In this document: positions 1 to 10,890 of the stretch, in pieces
How positions within the stretch are numbered: position 1 is the stretch's first letter
Layout: each line of letters begins with the position of its first letter
DNA from: Chrysomallon squamiferum
Lineage: Eukaryota; Animalia; Mollusca
Reading direction: 5' to 3'
DNA: 64,000 bases
Assembly: GCA_012295275.1 (NCBI GenBank)
Contig: CM022667.1
Location: forward strand, 19,034,001-19,098,000
Made by a program: the position numbers and the translations under genes
The notes under the pieces: generated by a model
Databases searched by the model: none
Seen by the model: only the letters and a program-made list of their open reading frames with translations
What the model was told of the DNA's origin: nothing

Positions 1-48
1 AGATTATTGTATACGAATTAAGTGTATTAAAACTTATTATTATTATTA

Positions 49-91
<43 letters not shown>

Positions 92-175
92 AACTAAATG
101 TGTCAGTATGGTTCATAATTCATGTTACAAGTTATGAAAGCATCTGAGTTATAAAATGTGAAAATATACTTGAAG

Positions 176-393
176 GAAGCAGATGCACAGGTTACATATG
201 AAGATCAACAGAAGATTAATAAATTTGCTCGTCATAATGCCAGGCTAAATGATATAAAAGAAGAGCTTATAGCTAAAAAGGTAATATATGTTTCATTTTT
301 ATTTAAATGTAGAAAGAGAATCAGATTTATTGTAGTTTTAAAATGAAACCTGATTTATGCACTTATGTATTATATATATATATATATAAATAT

Positions 394-430
<37 letters not shown>

Positions 431-1621
431 TATATATATATATATATAAATATATCACATTAACATGATTTAATATTTTTATTCACAACAGTATGTGAGT
501 ATGAAATTAAGAATATCTGTTGATGCTTTTGGGGTATTTCAGAAAGAACTTCAGAATTTGGATGATGCAAGTGACGAACTGGTTTTACAAGATGATGAAC
601 AGCCAATTCCATATCCTTTTAAATATTAGCATTAACTGTTTTAAAACATGTGGAAATACATGTATGTGCTTTTGTGTATTATAAGGCATAAAAATGGGAA
701 AAGTATGTTTTCAAACTAAATATAACATGATAAAAGTCCTATAAATAAAATATAGAAGTGCATGCACACACACACACAAATACATACATTCATAGACATA
801 AAATGCATAATACTCTCAGGTAACATAAACCTTTCATTTGTTGATTGTTGTGCAATAGCATGGGGACTGTTCTAATGGCATACAGGGAAGAATTTATTGT
901 GTAATACATCATGTTTCAGATAAATACAACATAACTTAGTTACAATTCATTTATTATTATTATTTATTTTTATTTGTTATTAATATTATTATTATTCATT
1001 TTTTCATTTATTTTTTATTTATGTTTTATGTTTTATTTTTATTTTTTTTTTTGAAAACTTGTTTCATCATGAATCATCTGCTTTCTATGTATCTGTTATA
1101 TAAACATACAGAAATTTTAGTTAAATAATTATTTGATTTTAGAATGAAATTCATTTTAATAAACATGACAAACATTACACAGTTTAACAGTAAAAGCAAA
1201 TTGACTATTATTACCACTGCTAACCAAATACCATTTTTCTTATGATTAAAAAATCTTTATTTTTGTATTAATGCTTACAGATTTATGTCTTTTAGTATAT
1301 GTGATCCTGTATTAAAGAAATATTTTCATAAAGTGTAAAATTTATCTAAGTACTGTTTTAAATACAAAATACAGCCCTAAAAATTTCATTTAATGATTTA
1401 TTTTCTTTAACTGAATCACATATCAGATAGGTGAATTTTTTATCAGTACAACAATAGACGAAGCTAACAAAATGATTGACGCAGCAAAAGAAGCAACAAA
1501 AAACGACATAAAAGAACTGGAAGAAAAGGCAGAGAGTCACAAAACAGTTTTATCTGATTTAAAAATCCAGCTGTATGCCAAGTTTGGAAATAATATAAAT
1601 TTAGAAGCCGAAGAAGATTAG
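176..1621 (+). CDS. PFDN4: Prefoldin subunit 4, 5'-partial. Exons 176-280, 543-610, 1420-1621; first coding exon lies upstream of the window
   Basis: Spliced translation EADAQVTYEDQQKINKFARHNARLNDIKEELIAKK|KELQNLDDASDELVLQDDEQPIP|YQIGEFFISTTIDEANKMIDAAKE...LSDLKIQLYAKFGNNINLEAEED*. Motifs EDQQKINKFAR, IPYQIG and LYAKFGxNINLE are characteristic of PFDN4. Intron 281-542 is GT-AG; intron 611-1419 is AT-AC. Confidence 0.96.
611..1419 (+). other. U12-type (minor spliceosome) AT-AC intron of PFDN4
   Basis: 5' end ATATCCTTTT at 611 (U12 consensus), branch-point-like TTTTCTTTAAC at 1401-1411, 3' end CAC at 1417-1419. Splicing gives CC|A = Pro in the conserved IPYQIG motif. Confidence 0.93.
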
Positions 1622-1868
1622 AGATGATTTTATTTCTTTATCATTTTGTAATCATCATGTGAAGTTTATGTTTATGTTCATTTGCATGAGGAAATTAACT
1701 TTGAATTAAAAAACAAAAGCTTGTTTTATCTTGTCAGTTATAATCACTCTGTTCGTTGTCATATAAAAAAATCACATGAAGATTACAATTCTCCATCTTC
1801 TTACAGAAGTATCACATCACATTTTAATTTTTGTTTTCATTATCAATTACTGAATTAGCTAGTTTTCT

Positions 1869-1933
<65 letters not shown>

Positions 1934-2632
1934 CCATCTGTCTCTGTGTGTGTGTTTCCCTTGCTTTTGCTTTATTTCCTTGCATGTATATACATCTGCA
2001 CTCAACACGAAAAAAACACACATACTCCATCCTAAAGCTTATCTATTTGTTTGAAATCATTGATTTGTTGATTACAGTAAAATAATATAACAAAGAAAAA
2101 CAATACACAGCATCATTATTATCAGAATTTGTGTTTATCTTTTAAAAAAAAGTATGTTTATACTGCAGAGTATTCGTAGTAACTCACTGTGTTCTGCATT
2201 TCAAATGGAAATCATACAAACATCTGATTTCTGAATTTGACAATATACCAAACCATTTTGTTACAGTGAATTAAAAACATGGTTCAGATGTAGAAACAGC
2301 AGATAACAAGAATATTATAAATCAAAAACTAAGAATTTAAATATTTATTTGAAAACTAAATATTTATAAGTTATTTATTTTCATTTGAAACAAATAAAGC
2401 ATGAATTAAAGCATAACAATATAAATTTAAAGACATCTTATTTTGGTTTTTAAATTCTGCAACTTGAAATCATCATATACATAGCAGATACCAGTCAAAT
2501 ATTTTCTCTCTTATCTTTTGTATTAAATTCTGTGTTTGAACGGAGAATGGATGCAACTGACGAGAAGAAATATGTTAAACAGACTGAGTTTTATTTACAT
2601 CCTAACCTTCAACTAATTAATAATTGGAAATC

Positions 2633-2752
2633 AATTAAAAATCCAGATCTCAATCAGAACGCTGTCCAGCTGATGACTACAAAAATCACTTGATTTCAAA
2701 TTAAAAAGACCCAACCTCAATCAGAACGTTATGCAACTGATGACTAGAAAAT
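2633..2752. repeat. Two diverged copies of a ~52-bp segment (spacing ~66 bp) just 3' of the SPMIP7-like stop codon
   Basis: aattaaaa..tcaatcagaacg..ctgatgacta(c/g)aaaa occurs at ~2633 and ~2699. Confidence 0.75.
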
Positions 2753-2778
2753 TTTTAAGCAGCCTATGAATCCATGTT

Positions 2779-3082
2779 TCAGTTTGTTTGATTCAGATTT
2801 TTCTGTTTGCTTCCTCCTCGACTACCTGTTCGGCTACCTGGCTGGCTACCTGGTTGGCTACCTTCTCGGCTACTTGTTGGAGATTTGATAGATTTCATAA
2901 TGTTGTCAGTGTTAAGAGGTGGCTGCAGACCTTTGTACATGGTAAATGGATTGTATGGTCTTACAGTGGTCAGAGTTTTGCCAAATGGATATTGTCTTCT
3001 ATGCTGTGGATCAGCTTGACATTTTGGCATTGGGAACGACCTGAAATGAAAAACGGATATACCTCAATGCAGTGTATCAGTG

Positions 3083-3122
<40 letters not shown>

Positions 3123-3809
3123 GAGAGGAGAGAAACAACATTTAGTTAAGTGCATCTCTTTGTGCCTTTCTGTTTTATCATTAGCAAAGGTGAAGGAGAA
3201 AATGTTTATTATATTTCTATCTGACTGACACAGAAAACAAAAAACAAAAAACAAAACAAATTTAGTATAATCATCATGTTGCTTGAAAAACAAAATGTGC
3301 GTAAACTGTTTCATGAAAATTAATACTGTTTGCAGTATATTCAAACAGGTAAGCTACATGAAATGCCATCAAAGTGAGGCTAATAAAATATTTTTGTTTT
3401 CAAATTTTGTTCTGTTCATTTCTTATCAGTGTTGAATTTATTTTTGTATAATTATTATTTTAAAAAGGTACTAGCTGATGTGTTGCAAATCTTTGTATGT
3501 GGCTACTGTAATGGTTAATGTGGAGGGAACAGTTGGATTTTCTCAACTGAATGCAAAAACAAAATAACAAGCTGGTTATTTCACTAATACAGCACTAAAC
3601 AATACAAAAACACTAGTTGTACTTGAATATCAAACAATTTAACTATGTAATTATAATGAATTATAAGAAAATGTATCCGTCAGTATGTTTGACCACTGAT
3701 GTTTCGAAACCACTTTAAAAATAACTATTATCTTTTATACAGTCAGCTTATGCTCATTCTGTGTGCACATTTTCATATTGTTAAAAATTGAAAAACAAAT
3801 TACCAAGTT

Positions 3810-3846
<37 letters not shown>

Positions 3847-4972
3847 ATTTGTATAGGGCTATATGTTGAAACTGTTTTAATATTCAAAACTTAGACGTGC
3901 TAAAAATTCAAAGCTTCCCTCTTCTGAACTGGGGCTGTTTGTTAAACGCCACAAAGAAGGACAACTCTGGTTTACCTGTAAGAGGCTCTCATGATGGTCT
4001 GCATTGTGGGATCTGGAGGCTTGGGACCGTTATCTATTGGTTCAGTAGGAAGACGAGGAACAAAGCCTGCAAAGTTTACTGTTTTCTTAATGCTAGAATG
4101 AAACAAAACAATAATAAAAACTTAATTAATGTCTTTCTTATAACTACTGGAAACGTTCTATACACGAAACAGTCATGTCATATAACTAATGTCTTGTAAA
4201 CTCTCTAAGTCATTTAAATAACAGCTTGTGGATAAAACTAATGTCAAAAGTGTATAATGTCACATAACTAATGTTTAGTACATAAAACTATCTTATAACT
4301 AATGGAATGTATATATAATGAATGTTATAACAGACAAACGTAGTTAATGTTATAACTCACATATCATGCAGCTGATATTTTACATTATTCTTATACATGT
4401 AACAAAAATTTCCTGCATCAAATGTCTCATTGAAATAATGTGCTCTAATGTTTTGTTCATGTAATGTGCCATAACTAATATCTTATACAAATATTGTAAC
4501 TTCCTATAAACTAATAATTTGTACAAAATGTAAGATGGAGGACTCTAAAATTGATATTGTAATTATAACATTACTTACATTGGTGTCACTTGCATTAGTG
4601 TAAAATGTTAGTATTTTGGACATTAAAGTTTTATGTTAAAATATTATATGACATAACATGGCCGTAACTAGACTCTTTTTGAAATGAGGCAAAAACTGAC
4701 GTCTTTGAAGTCAGTTTTTTTTTTTTTTTTTTTTTTTTTTCCCATCGCAACGATGTCAGTAGACCCTTTAGCATAAACGAATTCATTCACTGGATATGGT
4801 TTCTGTCGGAACACAGATTTATATTTTATATTTTTAAATAAAATCTTTGGGGAAAAAAAAATAATAAAAAAGAAGAAAATAAAATTAAAACAACAAAAAA
4901 AATCGTCAATTTCGTTATATGGCATTTGCCTCGTTTGTTTCAGTGCAGTTATGGCCATGCATTAGGGTCATT

Positions 4973-5021
<49 letters not shown>

Positions 5022-5767
5022 GTTATTTATATAATGATTTAAAACGATATAAACAGTGAATAACGTTAAGACTTTTAACTGAGTTATATATATCTCAGCA
5101 TGCCCTTGGCGTTCTTCTCTGACGGAGGGCTTTCAGCATGGAGTTAAACATTTCACCGTAAGCTGGTGGGCATGTCGACGGGCCTGGTTTATTCATTTGG
5201 GCTCCTCAAATCGTAGGGCTGCCAAGATAATCGCATGAGTATTTTACGATCTCCGTTCGAGTCCCTCACGATGTCTAACAACTGTTCGGGTATTTTACGG
5301 CACCAGTCGAACCTACGTAGCTTTCGTGCGGGCCCCGCCATATTTCTGAATGCTACAAACTGATACCCCAGAACATTGCGATTTCTCGAAATCGTACAAA
5401 TCTATCGTAGGCAGAAAAATTCCCGGAGGATTATGCGACTGTAGAATCGGTAAGCTTAAGATAACGAACAGCTTTCGTCATGTTTTGTTACAGTTAGCTA
5501 ATCGCGAAGTTGCGCACCGTTTTCAACTTGTCTCGTTACACTTAGTAACAACAGAATAAACGAGTTGTTGCTCTGAGTGGTGTAGAGCTTTCTTATCGAC
5601 AATTTTAGTTTTATTATACTTACTAGTCGAAGGGTAAGACGTTGTTATCAACAAGTTCTCGAACCCTTTCAAGTTTCGCCTGCTCAATATTCACCAAATT
5701 ATCATGCCTAATTTCAAGTCTGAAAATTAAAAAAAAAAAAAAATACGTCATTAAATTTATTTTGTAG

Positions 5768-5840
<73 letters not shown>

Positions 5841-6155
5841 CAGTGGGGTATACAGTTATAAAATAAAATGTATGATGTAAAAACCGAATGTGTCATATAG
5901 TAAATAACAGTTTCAAGACTGTAAATGACTACGTAATCAGAGATGCATAAATAATAATAATAATAATAATAAATCACGTTTAAATGAATTAAATGAAATG
6001 ATACGGTCACAGGAAAATACTGAGTGACATACGTTATAACGTTTACGCTTTGTTTTTAAATTGATATAGGCACCTGTGTAGAACTGAAAAATAATTAATA
6101 TCAATTTTTGCCTAAAAGAAATAAAACAAAAATAATAGTAGTAGTAGTTGTTGTA

Positions 6156-6188
<33 letters not shown>

Positions 6189-6239
6189 ATATAAGAATTG
6201 AAAACTAATTTACAAAAAAGAAAAAATAAGAAGAAAAGA

Positions 6240-6285
<46 letters not shown>

Positions 6286-6776
6286 TAAGAACTGAAAAAT
6301 AATTGCTAGCGATTTTTCCTTAAAAGAAAAAAAATAATTATCAAATAATAATAATAATAATAATACTTTTTCTTTATCATTTTCGCAAACGGGTCTGTGG
6401 TGTCTACTGGCGGGATGTATCTGGGTACGGGATCTCTCCATTGATGGCGGTCTAGGAAATCAACATGCTGCCATTCTTGGGGTCCCGGGTAATATCGTCC
6501 AATATCGTAACTTACCGGATCCGCCTTCCTTGCGAAGGATAATTCTCCTTTTTCCGGCTGAAAATGGAACATTATTATCACCATCGTCATCGCGAATTTG
6601 CACTGTCGATACAGTTATTATATTGATTACATTGTTGTTATTGTTGTTGTTGTATTCAAAGAAGGAACAAAATAACTAACAATTACTCATTATTAAAAAA
6701 CAGTATACTGACAGTTTAATTACTAAAAGATTGAAACATTTATTTTGTTACTTCGTGTCCATAAAGTATTTTAATT

Positions 6777-6815
<39 letters not shown>

Positions 6816-7786
6816 TTAACTAATTAATTAAAAGAAAAAGAATTTTAAGAAAGTAATAAATTTGTTATGTTTTAATCATAGTATTAAATTATGTATGGAC
6901 CAATAATAACAATGTATCAAGAAACCATTGAAACCGAAGAAGAAAATAAGGTTGCTTGAATCTTTATTATAGTGTCAGTGGTCATTTCGCATTCCTCATA
7001 CAGGCTTTCGCATTCCTCATATTATCTCTAATAATGTCTTTTTTTTTTTTTTTTTTTTACATGCTTTGACATAATCTAGATTTATTAAAGTTCGAATTAT
7101 TGGCCGCTTTATTATTATTAGTAGTAGTAGTAGTAATATTAGTATTAGTATTATTACAGATTGACCACATAATTGCAAAACGACATTTCAGAGCATTGGT
7201 CTGGCAGTTAGGGTAACATGGTCTGTCGTCCTGGATGTTTTATTTCATTGTGCTGTTATTTATTTTACTTCACTTGGTTAAAACATCATTAAACGATAGT
7301 TGGCTGCTGACACGAATACCTGTGTGGGAAACAGCTGCAGGCGTTCTTCTTTAATAGAAAACGAGCGCGCGCACACGCACCCCCCCACACACACACACGC
7401 GCACATATATTTGATAACTGCACAAAAATGTCTTAACTATTACCGAAACTTCATTTATTTCCTTACATCAAATCCCGATGGATATACATCCTCCATCTGT
7501 TGCCTCGCAGTTGATGTCCACCTCAAATGATTGGCCAGTTTATCTACCACATACATATCCATATATGGATATTTCTCTTCCATCATCTTCCAGGAGATGG
7601 GCCACTTGACTCCACATCTTAATTTTGATGGCTTGAATGCGCCACGTTTGCCAGTTTTTGACAGTTTTGCTTGCTCTTCTCTTAATTCCTCGCACACTTT
7701 GTTTGGATCTATTCTGTATGAAAAGAGAGGACGATTTGATAGCTAGTGTTCACGTTAGAGAGTCGAAGGTGCACAGGAACACATAC

Positions 7787-7866
<80 letters not shown>

Positions 7867-9027
7867 CAGCATTCATTTAACGTGACAAAACGAATATTGT
7901 ATTCTAAGTTGAACAACGTTTGTAATTTTTCCTCAGAATCTGTTTATAACACAAATTTTATTTGTTCTGAGACTGTTATAAAACTTTTACTCTATCAGGT
8001 AACCGTTTATTTGAGCCACCCAACACGCCAATGAAAACGGATCATACGTATATTAAAAAATAAATAAATGAATAAAAAAAGGCTTTAAACTCAGACAGCT
8101 GACTAGAACACGATGTCATTTGGCTATACTGGACTTTTGTCCTGTATTTAGCATATATGTATGTGTATATGTCAGTGGTTCTGAAACTTTTTGAAGTCGG
8201 GGCACACTTTGAGCCTTACAAAAAATTGCGGCCACACTACACAAAAAATGCTAAGAAATATAATGCAAAATGTAAAAAAGAAAAATACAGAAATAACTGA
8301 AGAAGGATATTGCGGCTGAATCGGTTGCTGAGCAGGCTGCTGAGGTTGTCTATCCTCATTGTCTACATCTATGTCAGATTCTTCGTCATTTTCGCGTATA
8401 AAAGGTTCTCATCTGGAATCTGTACAGTTTGTTTTTCTTTATGAGAGGTGTTCACTGATATATTTTGAGTTACTGCCCTTATGTGAGAGGTGTTCACTGA
8501 TATATTTTGAGTTACCGCCCTTATGTGAGAGGTGTTCACTGACATTTAGAGTTACCGCCCTTGTGTGAGAGGTGTTTACTGACATATTTAGAGTTAAGGC
8601 CCTTGTGTGAGAGGTGTTCACTGACATTTTAGAGTTACCGCCCTTGTGTGAGAAATGTTCACTGATATATTCAGAGTTACCGCTCTTGTGTGAGTATACC
8701 TTTATTCATCATCTATTTTGTGCTGATGAGAAGTATGAGCCTGACGGGTCTTGGCAATTTCTTCAAAAATATTGTAGTATGAAATACAAAGCAATGGGCT
8801 GTTAAAAAACTGTAGAAAGGCTATATTTTTAATGGTTCCACTTGTAAACTACTGTGCAGCCTTGAGCAGCCGCGCTTGCTCATCAGCCAAATCTCGTTTC
8901 GAACGAGTTTACGTGTATAAAATCTTCTTCCAGGCAACCGGCTATTTCTTACTGGATATCTTTCCGCTCTTAACATAATCAATTTTTTATCATCACAAAT
9001 ATCTACATAGATCCTAGAATTTCCTGG

Positions 9028-9068
<41 letters not shown>

Positions 9069-9602
9069 ACGCGCGTGCGCGCACACACATGTACTTACTT
9101 ATCTTTGATCAAACAATAACGGCACTGGCAGCAGTGGGAAAAAAGGTTTTATAAGTGAGGATATTTAATTCTTCAACTTATCGCGCTTCTCAAAATATTT
9201 AAGATTGTTTGGCCTATTATAAATGAATCTACCTCAAAACATCAAGGGGATAGTGAACAAACGTAGAACTGGTGAGCGTAGTTTGTATTAACAGACTTAC
9301 CCTAAAACATAAAGATTGTTTAAAGGCTGGTGATCACATTTCTTGCCTGGTTTCCAATCAGTGGTGTTGATGTCGGATTTTTTTCTTTCATGCTGATTCT
9401 GGTACAGCGGCAATTCCGACCAATGGCGGCGAGGGCGAATTTCTCCTTTGTAATCTTTTTTGTAGGTAGTGGAGGGGAAAGCATCGAAGTCGAGAGGCTT
9501 TTCCAATTGCTTAATGGGTAAGATCCCTTTATAGTCGTTGTGATACGTAGAAATAGGTTCTTGCCATCTCCTGTCTATCGGCCGCATGCATTTTGTTATC
9601 AT
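2779..9602 (-). CDS. SPMIP7/SPATA48 (C7orf72)-like putative axonemal microtubule inner protein. Exons 9602-9301, 7713-7467, 6557-6367, 5719-5624, 4092-3976, 3040-2779
   Basis: Six GT-AG-joined exons with matching phases give one open frame: MITKCMRP..STYHNDYK..STTYKKDYK..|..WTSTARQQMEDVYPSGFD|PEKGELSFARKADPVSYDIGRYYPGPQEWQHVDFLDRHQWR..|..|IKKTVNFAGFVPR..TIMRASYR|SFP..PFGKTLTTVRPYNPF... This resembles remembered SPMIP7 motifs (SSTQKAYEDV, EKTADPIS, WDRFQTR, LVTTVRPYNPF). The first in-frame ATG is at 9602; an additional upstream exon is possible. Confidence 0.75.
4130..4560. repeat. Degenerate minisatellite with ATAACTAATGT core, next to the 4093 acceptor
   Basis: Many imperfect ataactaatg(t/g) units in 4140-4520. 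Confidence 0.65.
5095..5530. mobile_element. Probable non-autonomous DNA-transposon remnant in a SPMIP7-like intron
   Basis: Abrupt GC/CpG-rich island in AT-rich intron with recurrent CGTA/TACG motifs (tcgtagg, ttttacga, ttttacgg, aaatcgtac, atcgtaggc). I found no exon with compatible splice phase. Family not determined. Confidence 0.5.
5773..5838. repeat. (GA)n microsatellite
   Basis: Pure dinucleotide run. Confidence 0.95.
7791..7861. repeat. (CT)n microsatellite
   Basis: Pure dinucleotide run. Confidence 0.95.
8173..9027 (-). mobile_element. Internally deleted, decayed hAT (Charlie/Buster-like) DNA transposon in intron 1 of the SPMIP7-like gene
   Basis: Starts with TIR CAGTGGTTCT at 8173. 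Segments 8173-8260 and 8975-9027 match the two arms of the MITE at 54030-54247 in inverted orientation. Minus-strand remnant IFEEIAKTRQAHTSH resembles the Buster-type transposase C-terminus (..KQAHxSH). Confidence 0.7.
8437..8695. repeat. ~41-42-bp minisatellite, about 6 copies, inside the hAT remnant
   Basis: Unit tgtgagaggtgttcactgatatattttgagttaccgccctt(a/g). Confidence 0.92.
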
Positions 9603-9725
9603 CTTCACTCGGGAGTTTACGGTTACGTCTGGAAATTTCAAGTTTTTGTCTTCTGTGACGTCATTACATTGTTCATTTACCGCCTAGCCGACGACCCGAA
9701 ACGAAGTATCATTTAAAATTGTGGT

Positions 9726-9727
<2 letters not shown>

Positions 9728-9794
<67 letters not shown>

Positions 9795-9805
9795 ATTATT
9801 ATTAT
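9728..9805. repeat. (TTG)n/(TTA)n microsatellite upstream of the SPMIP7-like first exon
   Basis: Pure trinucleotide run. Confidence 0.95.
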
Positions 9806-10404
9806 GTCAATTAAGTTAAGTTAAATAATTTTAATTCAATATATCTTTAATTTTTCGTGTAAGTGATACAAATTTATAGTTTTGTTAGGTCAAAGTTCAA
9901 GGCAGTAAAACAAAAAAACAAACAAAAAAAAAAAAAAAAAAAAGAAAGAAAGAAGAAAAAAAAAAAAAATTAAAAGAAGAAAAATACCAGCATTTTAATT
10001 AATTTTCGTTTATGCTTTTCTGACTTAAATGATATTCTTTTGAATGACTTCATTGCATTATCTTGCCAGAAAACGCTATGTGAAAATATTCTAATCTTTT
10101 CTTCTTCATTTTGCATCTCACAAATCATTGTTCATCACTTTAATTTTTAAATTTTATTATTTTATTTATGCGAGCTTATTTTTCTTACGTTTCATTCGTT
10201 ATTATTACAGTTACAGGAATACTGATCTGCAGAAAATCAAACAGTTAAGTGGGTTATGGTAATTTCAGCTCAACTGCTAATATTATTAAATTTCAGAATA
10301 TATCTCAAGAATTATATAAAGATTCATAGGGAGAAAAAGAATGAATGATTGGACAGTAAATAAATGTTGTGTCCTTTGTTAAATAATCATATTTTGTAGG
10401 GTTT

Positions 10405-10463
<59 letters not shown>

Positions 10464-10849
10464 TTTAAAAATAAAATAAAAACATAAAATATCGTAAGCA
10501 AAATAAAAGACAAAATGAAAACTTGTCAACAACACAAAAGTATTTTATTATCTATAAGCTACAAATTTCAATCCCTGTTGACAGTTGTATAATATCTTCT
10601 ATAAAACTAATATAATTAAAAAGTTCAAAAAAGCAAACAGTTAAAAATTATATTTTATATTATATTGTATAAAAATTATATACAACTGAAACATACAAAC
10701 AAAATGATAAAAATCATGAAATAATAAATCATAGCAATAATAATTTAAAGAAAAATAAATAAGATAAAATGAATTAAGAAAAAACAAGATAAAGAAAATC
10801 AACATTAAATTATTAAAGAAAAATATATAATATATAACATAAATACAGA

Positions 10850-10890
<41 letters not shown>

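Noticed and set aside
4668-4958. ORF fragment KSVFRQKPYPVNEFVYAKG as an extra SPMIP7-like exon
   Set aside because: No convincing donor in a compatible phase; the flanking exons already join in frame.
8437-8695. Repeat array as CRISPR or coding repeat (ORFs 8359, 8439, 8614)
   Set aside because: Simple minisatellite without spacers; the ORFs are by-products of the repeat.
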